Positions 1 through 9,637 of a stretch of 64,000 bases of DNA are shown piece by piece. The translations under genes and the position numbers were made by a program. The notes beneath the pieces are model-generated. The model worked only from the letters and a program-made list of their open reading frames with translations, was not told where the DNA came from and did not search any database. This DNA comes from Myxococcales bacterium (GTDB lineage Bacteria > Desulfobacterota > Binatia > HRBIN30), in contig JBBILD010000001.1 in assembly GCA_037445065.1 (NCBI GenBank), positions 32,001 to 96,000 of the forward strand, read 5' to 3'. Every line of letters starts with the position of its first letter. The stretch's first letter is position 1.

Positions 1-1395
1 CTCGATCGTACCGGTAAATCCGATCAACACGGCGTCCCAATCGAACGTGGAGCTTAGTTTTTCGACGAGCGCTTGGAAATCAAGTGGGCGGTAGTCCACT
101 TTGAGCCCCAATTTGGCCCAATCTTCCTTGAGAATCGAGCACATCTTCTCGCGAACTAGATTGCCGGCGTTGGTGGTCAGCGAGAACTCGATTCGGTTCC
201 CTTGGCTATCTTCCCGCCACCCATCGCCATCACGATCCTTGTACCCTGCCTCCTCGAGTAAAGCCTTTGCTCGTTCGAGGTCATACTCGTAGTCAACGAG
301 ACTGGGATTGTGGTAACGGCGGTTTTCCGGAGAAATTTCAGCCACCGCAGGTTTTCCGTAACCGTTGAGGCAGTTGACGATCATCGAGTGCTTGTCAATC
401 GAGTGCGCAATGGCACGGAGGAACTTGGGGTCTGTGAACCAGGTGAGGCGCGGGTCCCGTTTTCCGTCCTTGATGTACCGTGCAGGGTTGCGATTGAAGG
501 CTACGAACGTGGAACCGGGATCGAGCCCAGTCTCCTGAACGCTGATGGCTAGAAAGTCTGCCTTTTGGCGCAGCTCGCCCACTTCTTCGGCACGCGGGTA
601 ATGAATGTCTGTCTGCCGGGAGAGGAACTTGAGATACACCGTGTCTTGGTCCGGGACGATCAGTTGTACGCGCTGTTGCAGGTAGGGCAGCGGTCGTCCC
701 TCCTCGTCGCGCATCCAATAGTGCGGGTTCCGCTCGAACTCCAAAAACTGGGCTGGGACAAACCGTGTGAGGCGATAGGGGCCGGTTCCGATGAGTTTCT
801 CGGGCGGGGTGTCGATCGACCACTGCTGATTGAATTTGCCCTGTTTCCAAGGTTCCTCCAGCACATGTCGGGGAATCAGTGGGACGCCAATCGCGTTGAG
901 AAGCGGAGCGAACGGTCGCGGCAGGGTGATTTTTACTGTGAAATCGTCCAGCGCTGTCACTCCGATCGGCTTTCCATCCACCAACAGCACGTGTTTGAAA
1001 CTATTGGGGATTTGCTCATCGAAGATTACCTGAAACGTGAACACCACATCGGCAGCAGTGAAAGGAGTGCCATCGAACCAGCGGACATCGCGGCGCAAGA
1101 AGAAGGTCCACTCCGTCCCAGCCTCGTTACGCTCCCAGCGTTCCGCCAATAGCGGCTCTTGCTCGGTGGTCACGGGATTAACGCGCACCAAGCCTTCGAA
1201 CAGATCGCCGGTGGCGGCACTGGAAGCCGCGTCTACCGAGAGGATGGGGTTGAACGTTTTGGGGTCGCTGATACTTGCAGTCGTCAGTCGCGAGGGATTC
1301 GCCTTGATTGGCTGGGAACCTCGTGGTTCTCGCTGGCACCCGAAATTGAGCAGCAGCAGCAGCGACCAGCTACAGATCAACAGCGCGTGTTGCAT
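1..1395 (-). CDS. ABC transporter peptide/nickel-type substrate-binding lipoprotein (SBP family 5); 3' end runs off the window
   Basis: Not in the ORF track; translated by hand from ATG 1395, which overlaps the upstream TAA: MQHALLICSWSLLLLLNFGC (lipobox-like), DPKTFNP, LFEGL, WTFFLRRDVRWFDGTPFTAADVVFT, IGTGPY. The frame stays open to position 1. Confidence 0.92.
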   Translation of the reverse strand, partial: MQHALLICSWSLLLLLNFGCQREPRGSQPIKANPSRLTTASISDPKTFNPILSVDAASSAATGDLFEGLVRVNPVTTEQEPLLAERWERNEAGTEWTFFLRRDVRWFDGTPFTAADVVFTFQVIFDEQIPNSFKHVLLVDGKPIGVTALDDFTVKITLPRPFAPLLNAIGVPLIPRHVLEEPWKQGKFNQQWSIDTPPEKLIGTGPYRLTRFVPAQFLEFERNPHYWMRDEEGRPLPYLQQRVQLIVPDQDTVYLKFLSRQTDIHYPRAEEVGELRQKADFLAISVQETGLDPGSTFVAFNRNPARYIKDGKRDPRLTWFTDPKFLRAIAHSIDKHSMIVNCLNGYGKPAVAEISPENRRYHNPSLVDYEYDLERAKALLEEAGYKDRDGDGWREDSQGNRIEFSLTTNAGNLVREKMCSILKEDWAKLGLKVDYRPLDFQALVEKLSSTFDWDAVLIGFTGTIE

Positions 1396-2210
1396 TAGGG
1401 GAGGCTCTCTCCTTCTAAGTGCACAACGCGGCTACCTGCAGGCAACGATACCTGAAACTCATCCCCCTTGAGGGTCGGGTTGACTTCAATGTCGTGAAAT
1501 TGGAGTGTTACAGAACGCCGGAAGACCGGGGCTTCGAGGACCAGTTTCTCGACGATAGGCACTGGGGAACCAGCCTGAAAACTCTCATACTTCGCAGCCC
1601 AGAGCACAGTTCCATCTCTCCCACCTTGCTCCACTTCCACAGGTACCGCCTCTTCATTCAGCCAAACAAAGCCTCTACCCAACGCACCTTCATACACGAG
1701 GCAGTGAGCAGCATCGTTCCGCTCTCGCGGGCACTCCGCAGGTGCAGAGCCGCGGTGACCAGGGGTGGCGAGAACTAGGTCCACCAGTTCCTCCACCGGG
1801 ATCCACAAACCGGTGTAGCGCCAAAGGTTTTCCGCACTGGCTTTCCCGACATAGGCAGTGTTTTCCCTCGGCACGTAGGCGAGCAAGTTCTGTTCATCGG
1901 TCGTAAGCACGAAGGCCGCTCCGAACCAGGAGAGCGCTTCGACTCGGACCCGGTCGGGCCGTGCGATCAGCACTGCCTCACGTGACGAGAAGGACTGCTC
2001 TGGGTCCCGATAGCGAATCCGGACCAGGGCGCGCAAACTCGTAAGGCGTAGAGCACGGTCTCGCAAGATTCCCAGGGCGGAAGAGGGTAGGGCAGCGGTT
2101 GCTCGTTCCCATCTCGCAGGTTGCGAGCGGGCAGCGCACCCAGGGAGACTCCCGAGCGAACCCAGCACGAGGCTGAATGCCAAGCCAAGGCTTGCTGAAA
2201 TTCTGCGCAT
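1395..2210 (-). CDS. LolA/LolB-fold (DUF4292-like) outer-membrane lipoprotein
   Basis: Lipobox LPGC; RPDRVRVEALSWFG segment typical of LolB/DUF4292-like proteins; follows a TPR gene. Confidence 0.6.
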   Translation of the reverse strand: MRRISASLGLAFSLVLGSLGSLPGCAARSQPARWERATAALPSSALGILRDRALRLTSLRALVRIRYRDPEQSFSSREAVLIARPDRVRVEALSWFGAAFVLTTDEQNLLAYVPRENTAYVGKASAENLWRYTGLWIPVEELVDLVLATPGHRGSAPAECPRERNDAAHCLVYEGALGRGFVWLNEEAVPVEVEQGGRDGTVLWAAKYESFQAGSPVPIVEKLVLEAPVFRRSVTLQFHDIEVNPTLKGDEFQVSLPAGSRVVHLEGESLP

Positions 2211-2219
2211 GGTCCCTCT

Positions 2220-4037
2220 TTACGGTCGCGTCGCCCCCCCATGATTTGCTGGGCTGACTTCCGAAACTTTTCCCCCTAACTGCTCGATCTTCGCACGGAT
2301 CCGCCGTTGCTGATCCTTCTCCTTCGCTTGCTGGTAGGCCTGCAGGTACAAGCTCAACGCTTCCCCATGCCGCCCCACTTTCACATACGCGTCGGCTAGG
2401 TGCTCGGTGATGGTCGGGTCGTCGCTGACCAGCTCGAGAGCGCGCTCCAGGAGTTCGATTGCCTTTCGATAGTCCCCTCTTTGGTAGTAGACCCACCCTA
2501 GGCTGTCTACGTAGTACCCATCGTTGGGCTCGATGCTGAGCGCGCGGCGGATGAGATCTTCTGCCTCGTCAAGGTTGGTGCCTTGTTCGGCGAACGTGTA
2601 CCCTAAGTAGTTCAAAGCCGCGGCGTTGTTCGGGTTGAGTTCAATGGCCTTTCGCATGTGCCGGATGCAGGATTCTTTGTCTTTCGCTTCGTCGTACAAG
2701 GCGCCGAGAGTGAAGTGGTATTTGTCGTTATCGGGCTTTCGCTCAACCAGTTTCCGGGCCAGTTCCAGCGCTCGTTCCAGGTTTCCTTTCTCGCGGTAAA
2801 GTGAAATCAGAAAACCGGCGAGTTCGTCGCTGTCCGAGTTCGCCCGGGTGGCACGCTCCAGCGCCGCGATGGCATCATCCACGCGGCCCATCTTTTGGTA
2901 GACATAACCAATCTGCCCTTGCGCTTCCGCGTACAACGGCGAAGTCGGAGGGATTTTTTCCAACTCAGCTACAGCTCGTTCGAAATCTCTGGCTTCGACG
3001 AGGACGGAGCCAAGGTAGTAGCGGACTCGGTCGTTGGAAGGCTCAGCCGCCAGCACCAGCGAAAATTCGGTAACGGCGCGATCCAGTTCTCCCTTCTCGT
3101 AATAAATCAGGCCAATTTTGATGCGCGTGTCTTGAGGATCCGCTTCGATTTTTTCCAGCTCTTTGAGTTCGGATAAAGCTTCGTCGAGGCGGTTCTGGCC
3201 AATGTAAAGCCCGCCTAGCCGCTTGCGCACAACGGTGCTGTGTGGGTCAGTTTTCAGGATCTGGCGATAAAGATCGATCGCTTCTTCGGCTTTGTCCTGA
3301 AGCTGATAAAGTTCTGCGAGGTCGAGCAACAGGTTCGCCGAGGTAGGGCTCAACCGGATTGCTTCCTTGTAGGCTTTTTCTGCCGCTGGGTAGTCCTGCT
3401 TAGCCGCGTAGACGCGGCCAAGGTAGTAGTACGCCAGAGAGGAGGACGGGTTCAGCCGGGTCAGCCGCTCGAGGGTTTCGATCGCTAGGTCGTATTGTTC
3501 CTGCTTAGCGTAGAGGGCTCCGAGAAAAAGATGCGCTTCCTGATTGGTCGGCTCTTGAGCAAGGACGGTCTGATACTGGTCTTGCGCCGCTTGCTCTTCT
3601 CCGAGCGCCGATAGAATCCCTGCCAGAAGCAGCCGCGAGTGGGTATCCGTCGGTTCTGCTTGAACGGCGGCTTCAAACTGGGCCCGTGCTTCGGGCAATC
3701 GGTTGAGTCGCAAGTACAGCAGGCCGAGCCGACGCCGTAGAAGCGGCGTGTCTGGGTCCGCCTTGGTCGCCAGAGCCAGTTGTTCCGCCGCTGCCTCGAT
3801 CTCTCCGTCGTTGAGCGCGATTTGCGCTTTTAGGAAGTGGGCAAGCGCCTGGGCTTCCCGGGGGATTGTCAGTTTCTCTACCGAATGGGCTTCCCCCAAC
3901 TCTAAGGACCAGGGAAAGTGCCGCCAGGGATCGGCAGTTTTCCGGGTCACGCCACACCCCGCGCACACAGCCGTCACAAGGACCGAAGTCAGCATGAAGG
4001 CGGCGGAGCGAGCGAGGTGGTACCAGGCGAACTGCAT
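2220..4037 (-). CDS. Tetratricopeptide-repeat lipoprotein
   Basis: Many TPR units; C-terminal ALNYLGY...DSLGWVYY motif; N-terminal CAGC lipobox-like. Confidence 0.92.
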   Translation of the reverse strand: MQFAWYHLARSAAFMLTSVLVTAVCAGCGVTRKTADPWRHFPWSLELGEAHSVEKLTIPREAQALAHFLKAQIALNDGEIEAAAEQLALATKADPDTPLLRRRLGLLYLRLNRLPEARAQFEAAVQAEPTDTHSRLLLAGILSALGEEQAAQDQYQTVLAQEPTNQEAHLFLGALYAKQEQYDLAIETLERLTRLNPSSSLAYYYLGRVYAAKQDYPAAEKAYKEAIRLSPTSANLLLDLAELYQLQDKAEEAIDLYRQILKTDPHSTVVRKRLGGLYIGQNRLDEALSELKELEKIEADPQDTRIKIGLIYYEKGELDRAVTEFSLVLAAEPSNDRVRYYLGSVLVEARDFERAVAELEKIPPTSPLYAEAQGQIGYVYQKMGRVDDAIAALERATRANSDSDELAGFLISLYREKGNLERALELARKLVERKPDNDKYHFTLGALYDEAKDKESCIRHMRKAIELNPNNAAALNYLGYTFAEQGTNLDEAEDLIRRALSIEPNDGYYVDSLGWVYYQRGDYRKAIELLERALELVSDDPTITEHLADAYVKVGRHGEALSLYLQAYQQAKEKDQQRRIRAKIEQLGGKVSEVSPANHGGATRP

Positions 4038-4145
4038 GGGCGAGCACGCCTAGCACAATCCCGTCGGGGCTTCTATTGGAGTTCGGCACTGGGTGTGATC
4101 GCAGGAGTTCTGAAGGATCGCGACGGCCTGTCGAGGAGGGAACGC

Positions 4146-6101
4146 ATGGGATGGCGGCAGATTTGGGGACCGCAGCGCAAAGGGGGGCAGGGGTTGGACG
4201 CGCAGCAGGCGGAAAGTGGATCCAGAGCGATCCGTGCCTTGTTGAGCGATCCTGCGGTGCGGGACCACGTGGACTTGGTGTTGACCTGCCGCGATTCGGC
4301 GTACGAGGTGTGGTCACGCCGCGGATTTCTACGTTTCGAACGCTGGAATCATGAGGGGCGCCAGGAGTTTCGGGTAACCCATGTCGTGGGTGAAAACCCG
4401 GTGGCTCGAACTGAGGCTCACCTGGTGGCCACTTGCCAGGACGAAGTCGAAGCGGCCCGGCGTTCAGGTGTCGCCTGCCACGATCCGAATTTCGCTTTTA
4501 TCGAGCCGGAATGGCTTTCTTACCCATACGCGTTTGAACGAATTGCGCAACTGTTCGATAGTCCGTTCACCGGCGATCTCGTGGTGAGCCCGAAGTGCTA
4601 CGCGTTCGGGACCCAGCCTGGTCAGCACGGTGCTTTGGATGTAGTCCAGTCGCGAGCACCCTTAGCCTTTGCCGGCCCCGGAATTCGTCCGGGCCGGGTT
4701 CTCGAGCCAGTTCGGCATGTGGACATCGCTCCGACGATCTGCCGCTTGATGGGTTTTCCCCTCATTGACGGGCGAGACTGGAGTGGTTTGCGGTCTAGCG
4801 AGCGTGGGGTGGCTGCGGATGTTTACCTCCTCCGTCAGGATGGGCGGGTCCTCAGCGAGATCCTCACGTCGGAGCCCGCTCGCCCGGAGCGTGTTTACTT
4901 GATCGTGTGCGATGGGCTGAGTCACAGCGAACTCATGCACCTGTGGGCCACCCGGGATCCCGCGATCCGCAACTTGCGCAGGATCTTGGAGCGAAGCGCT
5001 TGGTTTGCGTTTGGCTCGACGGTGAATTTCCCGAGCATTACTTGGCCGAGCCACAGCACAATCTTGACGGGCGCTTGGTGCGGCCATCACGACGTGGTGA
5101 ACCCAACCTACTACGATCGAGCTGGTCGTAGAGCCCTGGCGCCCCAAGCGCAAGGAATTTTGACAGAGGGGTTTCTCTCCACCGAGGTGGAAACTCTGTA
5201 TGAGGCCTTCCGCCGCGTGCTCGGGCCTGATGCGTTCGTGGCCAGCATTCATGAGCCGCAGAGCCGGGGCGCGGTGCACGCGGCACTCGAGCAGCGTGTG
5301 ATCGGCCCCCGTGACCGCCTCCGCGAGATCACTGCGCGGCTCGTGGAGGAGATCCATCCTCGCTATCGGGCAGAAAACAAGGAATCGGTGTACCGCGAGG
5401 CTGTGCTGGATGCACGGGGACTTGCTCAGGTCCTGGTGCTGTTCGAGGACACCAGCCACCCTCCCCCTGTTTTCGTTGCACACGAATTCGCCCTGACCGA
5501 CGGCGCCGGCCATGAATACGGCCCGCATGGAGAAGGGCTACGTACGGCGATCGCAGAAACGGATGCTCGCTTAGGTGTGGTTCTAGACTTGCTCGAGAAG
5601 AAAGGGTGGTTCGACTCTACGTTGTTTGTGCTCACCTCCGACCACGGCATGGCTCCGCAGCGCACGGAACTTGCAGCAAACCCGTGTCGCTACTTAGAGC
5701 GAGCTGGTTTCCAAGCGCTGGTCGGCGAACCCATGATCTGGTTGCGGGATTTGGCTTTGCGTGTCGAGCGCGCGTCCGATGGGCGAACAGCACGCCTCTT
5801 CGTCTCCGAGCTAGACCCGGATCAACGGGGAAGGAGTCTGCCGGTCGAAGGAGCTGAGGTGACAGTCATAAGCGGCGCAGACCGCATCCTGGCGCGGGGT
5901 CAAACAAGCGGTCCCGGTGTTTTTGGCTTCGCCGTTCCCGCTGATCGTGGTGCGCGCGAAATCCGCTTAATCATTCGCCACCCGGACTATAACTCGCGTC
6001 ACGTCTGGCTCGACGGCTTGCCGGTTGATAGCGACCCATGCTCGGAGCTGTATGATGTTGCCCGCCTGCTAAGTTCTCACAGTCCGGGCTCGGTCGGCTA
6101 G
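4146..6101 (+). CDS. Alkaline phosphatase superfamily, nucleotide pyrophosphatase/phosphodiesterase-like, with permuted motif order
   Basis: Motifs LIVCDG, FPSITWPSH, DGAGHEYGP, SDHGM, GQHG, DIAPT. Start moved from 3918 to ATG 4146 to avoid overlap with the TPR gene. Confidence 0.85.
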   Translation: MGWRQIWGPQRKGGQGLDAQQAESGSRAIRALLSDPAVRDHVDLVLTCRDSAYEVWSRRGFLRFERWNHEGRQEFRVTHVVGENPVARTEAHLVATCQDEVEAARRSGVACHDPNFAFIEPEWLSYPYAFERIAQLFDSPFTGDLVVSPKCYAFGTQPGQHGALDVVQSRAPLAFAGPGIRPGRVLEPVRHVDIAPTICRLMGFPLIDGRDWSGLRSSERGVAADVYLLRQDGRVLSEILTSEPARPERVYLIVCDGLSHSELMHLWATRDPAIRNLRRILERSAWFAFGSTVNFPSITWPSHSTILTGAWCGHHDVVNPTYYDRAGRRALAPQAQGILTEGFLSTEVETLYEAFRRVLGPDAFVASIHEPQSRGAVHAALEQRVIGPRDRLREITARLVEEIHPRYRAENKESVYREAVLDARGLAQVLVLFEDTSHPPPVFVAHEFALTDGAGHEYGPHGEGLRTAIAETDARLGVVLDLLEKKGWFDSTLFVLTSDHGMAPQRTELAANPCRYLERAGFQALVGEPMIWLRDLALRVERASDGRTARLFVSELDPDQRGRSLPVEGAEVTVISGADRILARGQTSGPGVFGFAVPADRGAREIRLIIRHPDYNSRHVWLDGLPVDSDPCSELYDVARLLSSHSPGSVG

Positions 6102-6463
6102 TTGCCGCCGTAGGTGTCGTCTGCCTGCTCGATCATTTGTTCGAGCATCCGCTGCTGCGCTGCCTGCACAGCAAGCTGCCTCATCAATAGTTGCGCTTGA
6201 TGGGCCAAGGGTAAGGCTGCGAGGTAGCCGATCAGTTGCCCGATAGACAGGCGGTCGATTGATTCCTCCATGTGTTGGAGAACCGGCTCGGGGATTTCGA
6301 GCACCCCCATTTGAGAGAACACTTCCATTGCTTGTGCCGCCCGCTCGGCAAAGTCCTTTCGCGCCTCTTCTTTCTCTTCGGGCGTAACTCGTACTTGCAG
6401 CTTGGCAGCGGCTCGGTCGAAGAGCCGGTCGAAGGCGTGAAGAACTGCCTCTTTGCCAGTCAT
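6098..6463 (-). CDS. Hypothetical helical protein (about 121 aa)
   Basis: MTGKEAVLHAFDRLF...; GAGG-type RBS upstream; stop overlaps the convergent gene. Confidence 0.7.
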   Translation of the reverse strand: MTGKEAVLHAFDRLFDRAAAKLQVRVTPEEKEEARKDFAERAAQAMEVFSQMGVLEIPEPVLQHMEESIDRLSIGQLIGYLAALPLAHQAQLLMRQLAVQAAQQRMLEQMIEQADDTYGGN

Positions 6464-6564
6464 TGCGTCCTCTGGGGAAAGACTCACGGTCGGCGAAAGT
6501 AAGCACGAGCTGGGCCTGTGCAAGTCCCCGTCAAAACGGGCTCCCATCGGCCGAGAGATTTCCG

Positions 6565-6594
6565 TTGACAGGGCTTCAGCGCCAGCCGTAAGCT
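6565..6594 (+). promoter_or_regulatory. Putative sigma70 promoter TTGACA-N18-TAAGCT
   Basis: Perfect -35; the -10 ends 8 nt before ATG 6603. Confidence 0.45.
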
Positions 6595-6602
6595 TTTGCG
6601 CG

Positions 6603-7145
6603 ATGAACGTTCGGCGACTCGGAGCTTTCGTTTGCCCGCTGATCATCGCAGCAGTCATTCCCGTTCTCGTACGGCCTGGGCGAACGGAAACCGTCTATCA
6701 GTGGACCGACGAGCAAGGAACGCTTCATTTCTCCGATCAGCCCCCTGGCGGGCGCAAGGTGGAAGAGCGGCACCTACCACCTCCTGAGCCAGCTCAGAAG
6801 GGGGAGAGCGTTGAACCGTCGAGTGCCGGCGCTTTACCTGCTCCCGCCCCGCAGGATCCCGCAAGGGTGCTGATCGAGCGACAACAGGCCGAGCGCACCG
6901 GGCCGAGCGCGCTTCACGTTTCAGGGGTCGTTCGCAACGTGGGTGGCCGAGCCGCCACGCAATTACGGGTGCGTGTTTCCGCGCCGGATCCAGTCCAGGG
7001 AAACCCGTGCCTAGAGCAAGAAGTTCCCATCAATGTAGACCACTTGGAGGCGGGGGAGAGAAAAACCTTTGAGTTAGAACTCGATCATCCGTGCTTGCAC
7101 GGTGAGGCCACGGTTCAGCTGCAGGTGCGCTGGGACGAGCTATAA
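6603..7145 (+). CDS. DUF4124 domain protein with C-terminal Ig-like (FxLYD-like) domain
   Basis: Signal peptide, VYQWTDEQGTLHFSDQPP (DUF4124 signature), Pro-rich linker, VSGVVRNVG...LEAGERKTF. Confidence 0.8.
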   Translation: MNVRRLGAFVCPLIIAAVIPVLVRPGRTETVYQWTDEQGTLHFSDQPPGGRKVEERHLPPPEPAQKGESVEPSSAGALPAPAPQDPARVLIERQQAERTGPSALHVSGVVRNVGGRAATQLRVRVSAPDPVQGNPCLEQEVPINVDHLEAGERKTFELELDHPCLHGEATVQLQVRWDEL

Positions 7146-7202
7146 CCGCGTCAGGATGGGGCGCCAGAAGGATCGGCGCCGCGGGAGGCAGCGAAGCAGC
7201 CA

Positions 7203-8237
7203 ATGCCGCTCGAGTACCGAGCTGAGGGGGACCGCCTGGTTTGGGTTCGGAACCCATTTTCCGGAACCATCACCTACTTCACCGATGTACACTTGAAAAG
7301 GAACGGGTTCGTGAGCCGCGCCGAGCCTGGTTCGCGCGATGTGGCAGCGGCGGCAACCGAAGCGGCTGGACAGCTCGTGCAGCAGGTGCCGATTGGCCCA
7401 CAAGAGTGCCCTTTTTGCCCGGGCAACGAGTCCCAGTCGGCGGATGAAGTGTATCGGCTCACCGAGCATGATGTGTTCGGCTCGGGTAAGCGTGACGATT
7501 GGTTGATCCGTGCCGTACGCAATCTGGTGCCCCGAGTGCCCGAGTCTTGTACCGGAGGCAAAAACGAGTCGTATGTGGTGGTTGAGGACCCGCGTCACTT
7601 TCGCGTCCGATCGGAAAAGGGGTGTGAACTTCTCCATTCCGCTCACCTGGCGGAAGAGCAGTTCGCAGCGGTGCTAGAAGTGGATCGAGAAGTCGCGCGC
7701 CGGGCCTATCGAAACCCAGCCGTACGCCATGTGCTCATCCGCAAAAACCAAGGCCGGGAATCAGGGGCATCTCAGCCGCACATCCACAGCCAGGTCATTG
7801 GGAATGACCGTGTATTCCCGGCCGTGTGTTGGGAGAGGGAAGTGACGACGCGCGAGCCCACCATTTGGCACGAAATCATCGAGTTCGCGCGGCGCTGGGG
7901 GTTCGTGTTGCGCGAGGAGAGCGGAACCGTCTTGTATTTTTGCCCCTTTGGGACCTTTCCGCGAAGTTACGAGGTCGTCAGTATGGAGTCATGGCGGTCG
8001 CTGGTCGATGTGGATCCGGGGAATTGGAACAGGTTTGTGAGATTTCTACACCGAGGTCTAAAAGTTCTAGGCGAGCGGCCCCTCGATTACGAAATCCATG
8101 ATGGCCCCGGGATTCCGTTGCACGCCCACATTCATTCTCGGCACTATCCGTATGCAGAGATTGGAGGCACTTTGAATCTGCCGACGGCCCTTCTGTTGAC
8201 GGGTGAGATCTTGAATCCGCCGGAAGAGATCGCCTGA
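7203..8237 (+). CDS. Galactose-1-phosphate uridylyltransferase-like protein (GalT/HIT superfamily)
   Basis: CPFCPGNE zinc motif and KNQG..SGASQPHIHSQ (HxHxQ) catalytic motif. Confidence 0.8.
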   Translation: MPLEYRAEGDRLVWVRNPFSGTITYFTDVHLKRNGFVSRAEPGSRDVAAAATEAAGQLVQQVPIGPQECPFCPGNESQSADEVYRLTEHDVFGSGKRDDWLIRAVRNLVPRVPESCTGGKNESYVVVEDPRHFRVRSEKGCELLHSAHLAEEQFAAVLEVDREVARRAYRNPAVRHVLIRKNQGRESGASQPHIHSQVIGNDRVFPAVCWEREVTTREPTIWHEIIEFARRWGFVLREESGTVLYFCPFGTFPRSYEVVSMESWRSLVDVDPGNWNRFVRFLHRGLKVLGERPLDYEIHDGPGIPLHAHIHSRHYPYAEIGGTLNLPTALLLTGEILNPPEEIA

Positions 8238-8250
8238 TGCCTGCCCTGCG

Positions 8251-8279
8251 TTGACAAGGAAAAGAAACTGGCGTAGAAG
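8251..8279 (+). promoter_or_regulatory. Putative sigma70 promoter TTGACA-N17-TAGAAG
   Basis: Perfect -35, 17-nt spacer, partial -10, upstream of the SCP2 gene. Confidence 0.45.
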
Positions 8280-8381
8280 GCGCTCGGTGTTTTGGGAGGG
8301 TCGAATTACAGGCCAGTTTTCGCAGTAAGAAACCACCGGTGCCGAAGGGACACCGAGAGTACAGAAAGGAGGATGGTTCGT

Positions 8382-8717
8382 ATGTCGGTCGCAGAACAGG
8401 TCAAGCAGATTTTCGAGGCGATGCCGCAGAATCTGAATGCGGATGCCGCCAAGGGGATGAACGCCGTGATTCAGTTCAATTTGACTGGAGATGGCGGTGG
8501 TAATTACTACGTGACCATTAAAGACGGTACATGCACTGTTACGGAGGGCACTGCTCCGTCGCCGAACATGACGATGACGATGGCGGCGCAGGATTATGTG
8601 GACATGATTTCCGGTAAGCTGAACGGACAGATGGCGTTCATGAGTGGCAAACTCAAAATCGCAGGCGACATGGGCCTCGCGATGAAGATGCAGAGCTTGT
8701 TCAAGCGCCCTGCCTGA
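8382..8717 (+). CDS. SCP2 sterol/lipid-binding domain protein
   Basis: IQFNLTGDGGG.YYV.IKDG...AFMSGKLKIAGDMGLAMK; AAAGGAGG RBS. Confidence 0.93.
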   Translation: MSVAEQVKQIFEAMPQNLNADAAKGMNAVIQFNLTGDGGGNYYVTIKDGTCTVTEGTAPSPNMTMTMAAQDYVDMISGKLNGQMAFMSGKLKIAGDMGLAMKMQSLFKRPA

Positions 8718-8748
8718 CGGCTCTCCGCTTACAGAAAATCAGCGATCG

Positions 8749-8791
8749 AGAGGGCTGTACCACCTACAGTGGTGCAGCCCTCTTTTTATTT
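8749..8791 (+). terminator. Rho-independent terminator
   Basis: AGAGGGCTGTACCAC-CTACA-GTGGTGCAGCCCTCT (15-bp stem with one G-U) followed by TTTTATTT. Confidence 0.85.
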
Positions 8792-9076
8792 CAGGATTCG
8801 CTCGCACGAAAAGCGGTCTGGTGATGTGCGTTGGCAGGCCAGGGTGTCGGTGACGCCTGAGGCCAGTACTGCGCAAACGGTCGTCAATGCGGTGGACCGC
8901 CCTTCCAGCTCGTCCGCCGCTTCGACCGACCGGCAAGCGGTGCGGCCTTGGTAGGTCAAGCAGATTTCGCAGCGCACCTGTTGGAGAGTGAAACTGCGAT
9001 AGATGACAGCCGCCGCGAACGCGAGTGCCACCAAACCTGCAATCCAGGAAATGCGCTTCTCTGCCGCGGACTTCAT
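8786..9076 (-). CDS. Small membrane-anchored Cys-rich hypothetical protein
   Basis: N-terminal TM helix followed by six Cys in about 60 aa. Confidence 0.7.
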   Translation of the reverse strand: MKSAAEKRISWIAGLVALAFAAAVIYRSFTLQQVRCEICLTYQGRTACRSVEAADELEGRSTALTTVCAVLASGVTDTLACQRTSPDRFSCERILK

Positions 9077-9124
9077 TGGTGCCGGCTAGCGCGGTGCAAA
9101 ACGGGGCTAGCAGAACGGGGGCTG

Positions 9125-9580
9125 TTACTCGTCGATCACGGCGTCTTCTTCGACGGTAATATCGAGCTCGTCCGAAGCTGAAGCCTGCCCAGACGTAACT
9201 GTGACAGAGGCAACGTAGTCGCCTGCCTTGGTGTAAGTGTGCTGGGGAGCAGGGTCCTGGGAAGTGTTACCGTCTCCAAAATCCCAGTGGTAACGAAGCT
9301 CGCTTTTGCCCGTACATTCAACTTCTGCCGAGAAGGAAACCGTAAGGGGCGGTGGGCCGTAGTCGGGATCCGCATCCATGATCACAACGCAGTCTTCTTC
9401 TTCCGGGATCACCGCTGGACTTTGAGAAGACCCGCTAGCCTCTGGAGGCGCCGGTTTTCCAGGCTCTAGACCGGCTTGCGTTGCACTTGGTTGCGGCCCA
9501 TCTCTCTGACATCCGCCGCTGCATCCAGAGTACAACAGGCACACAAAAACAGCCGCTAGCACAGCCGTTAGGGGTCTCAT
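9125..9580 (-). CDS. PKD domain lipoprotein
   Basis: Lipobox YSGC; GPPPLTVSFS...YHWDFGDG...PQHTYTKAGDY. Confidence 0.9.
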   Translation of the reverse strand: MRPLTAVLAAVFVCLLYSGCSGGCQRDGPQPSATQAGLEPGKPAPPEASGSSQSPAVIPEEEDCVVIMDADPDYGPPPLTVSFSAEVECTGKSELRYHWDFGDGNTSQDPAPQHTYTKAGDYVASVTVTSGQASASDELDITVEEDAVIDE

Positions 9581-9637
9581 AAAACCAACCTCCTGCGCCT
9601 CACGCGGCGCTCGTTCGTAGCTGGGCGGGTCACGGCT

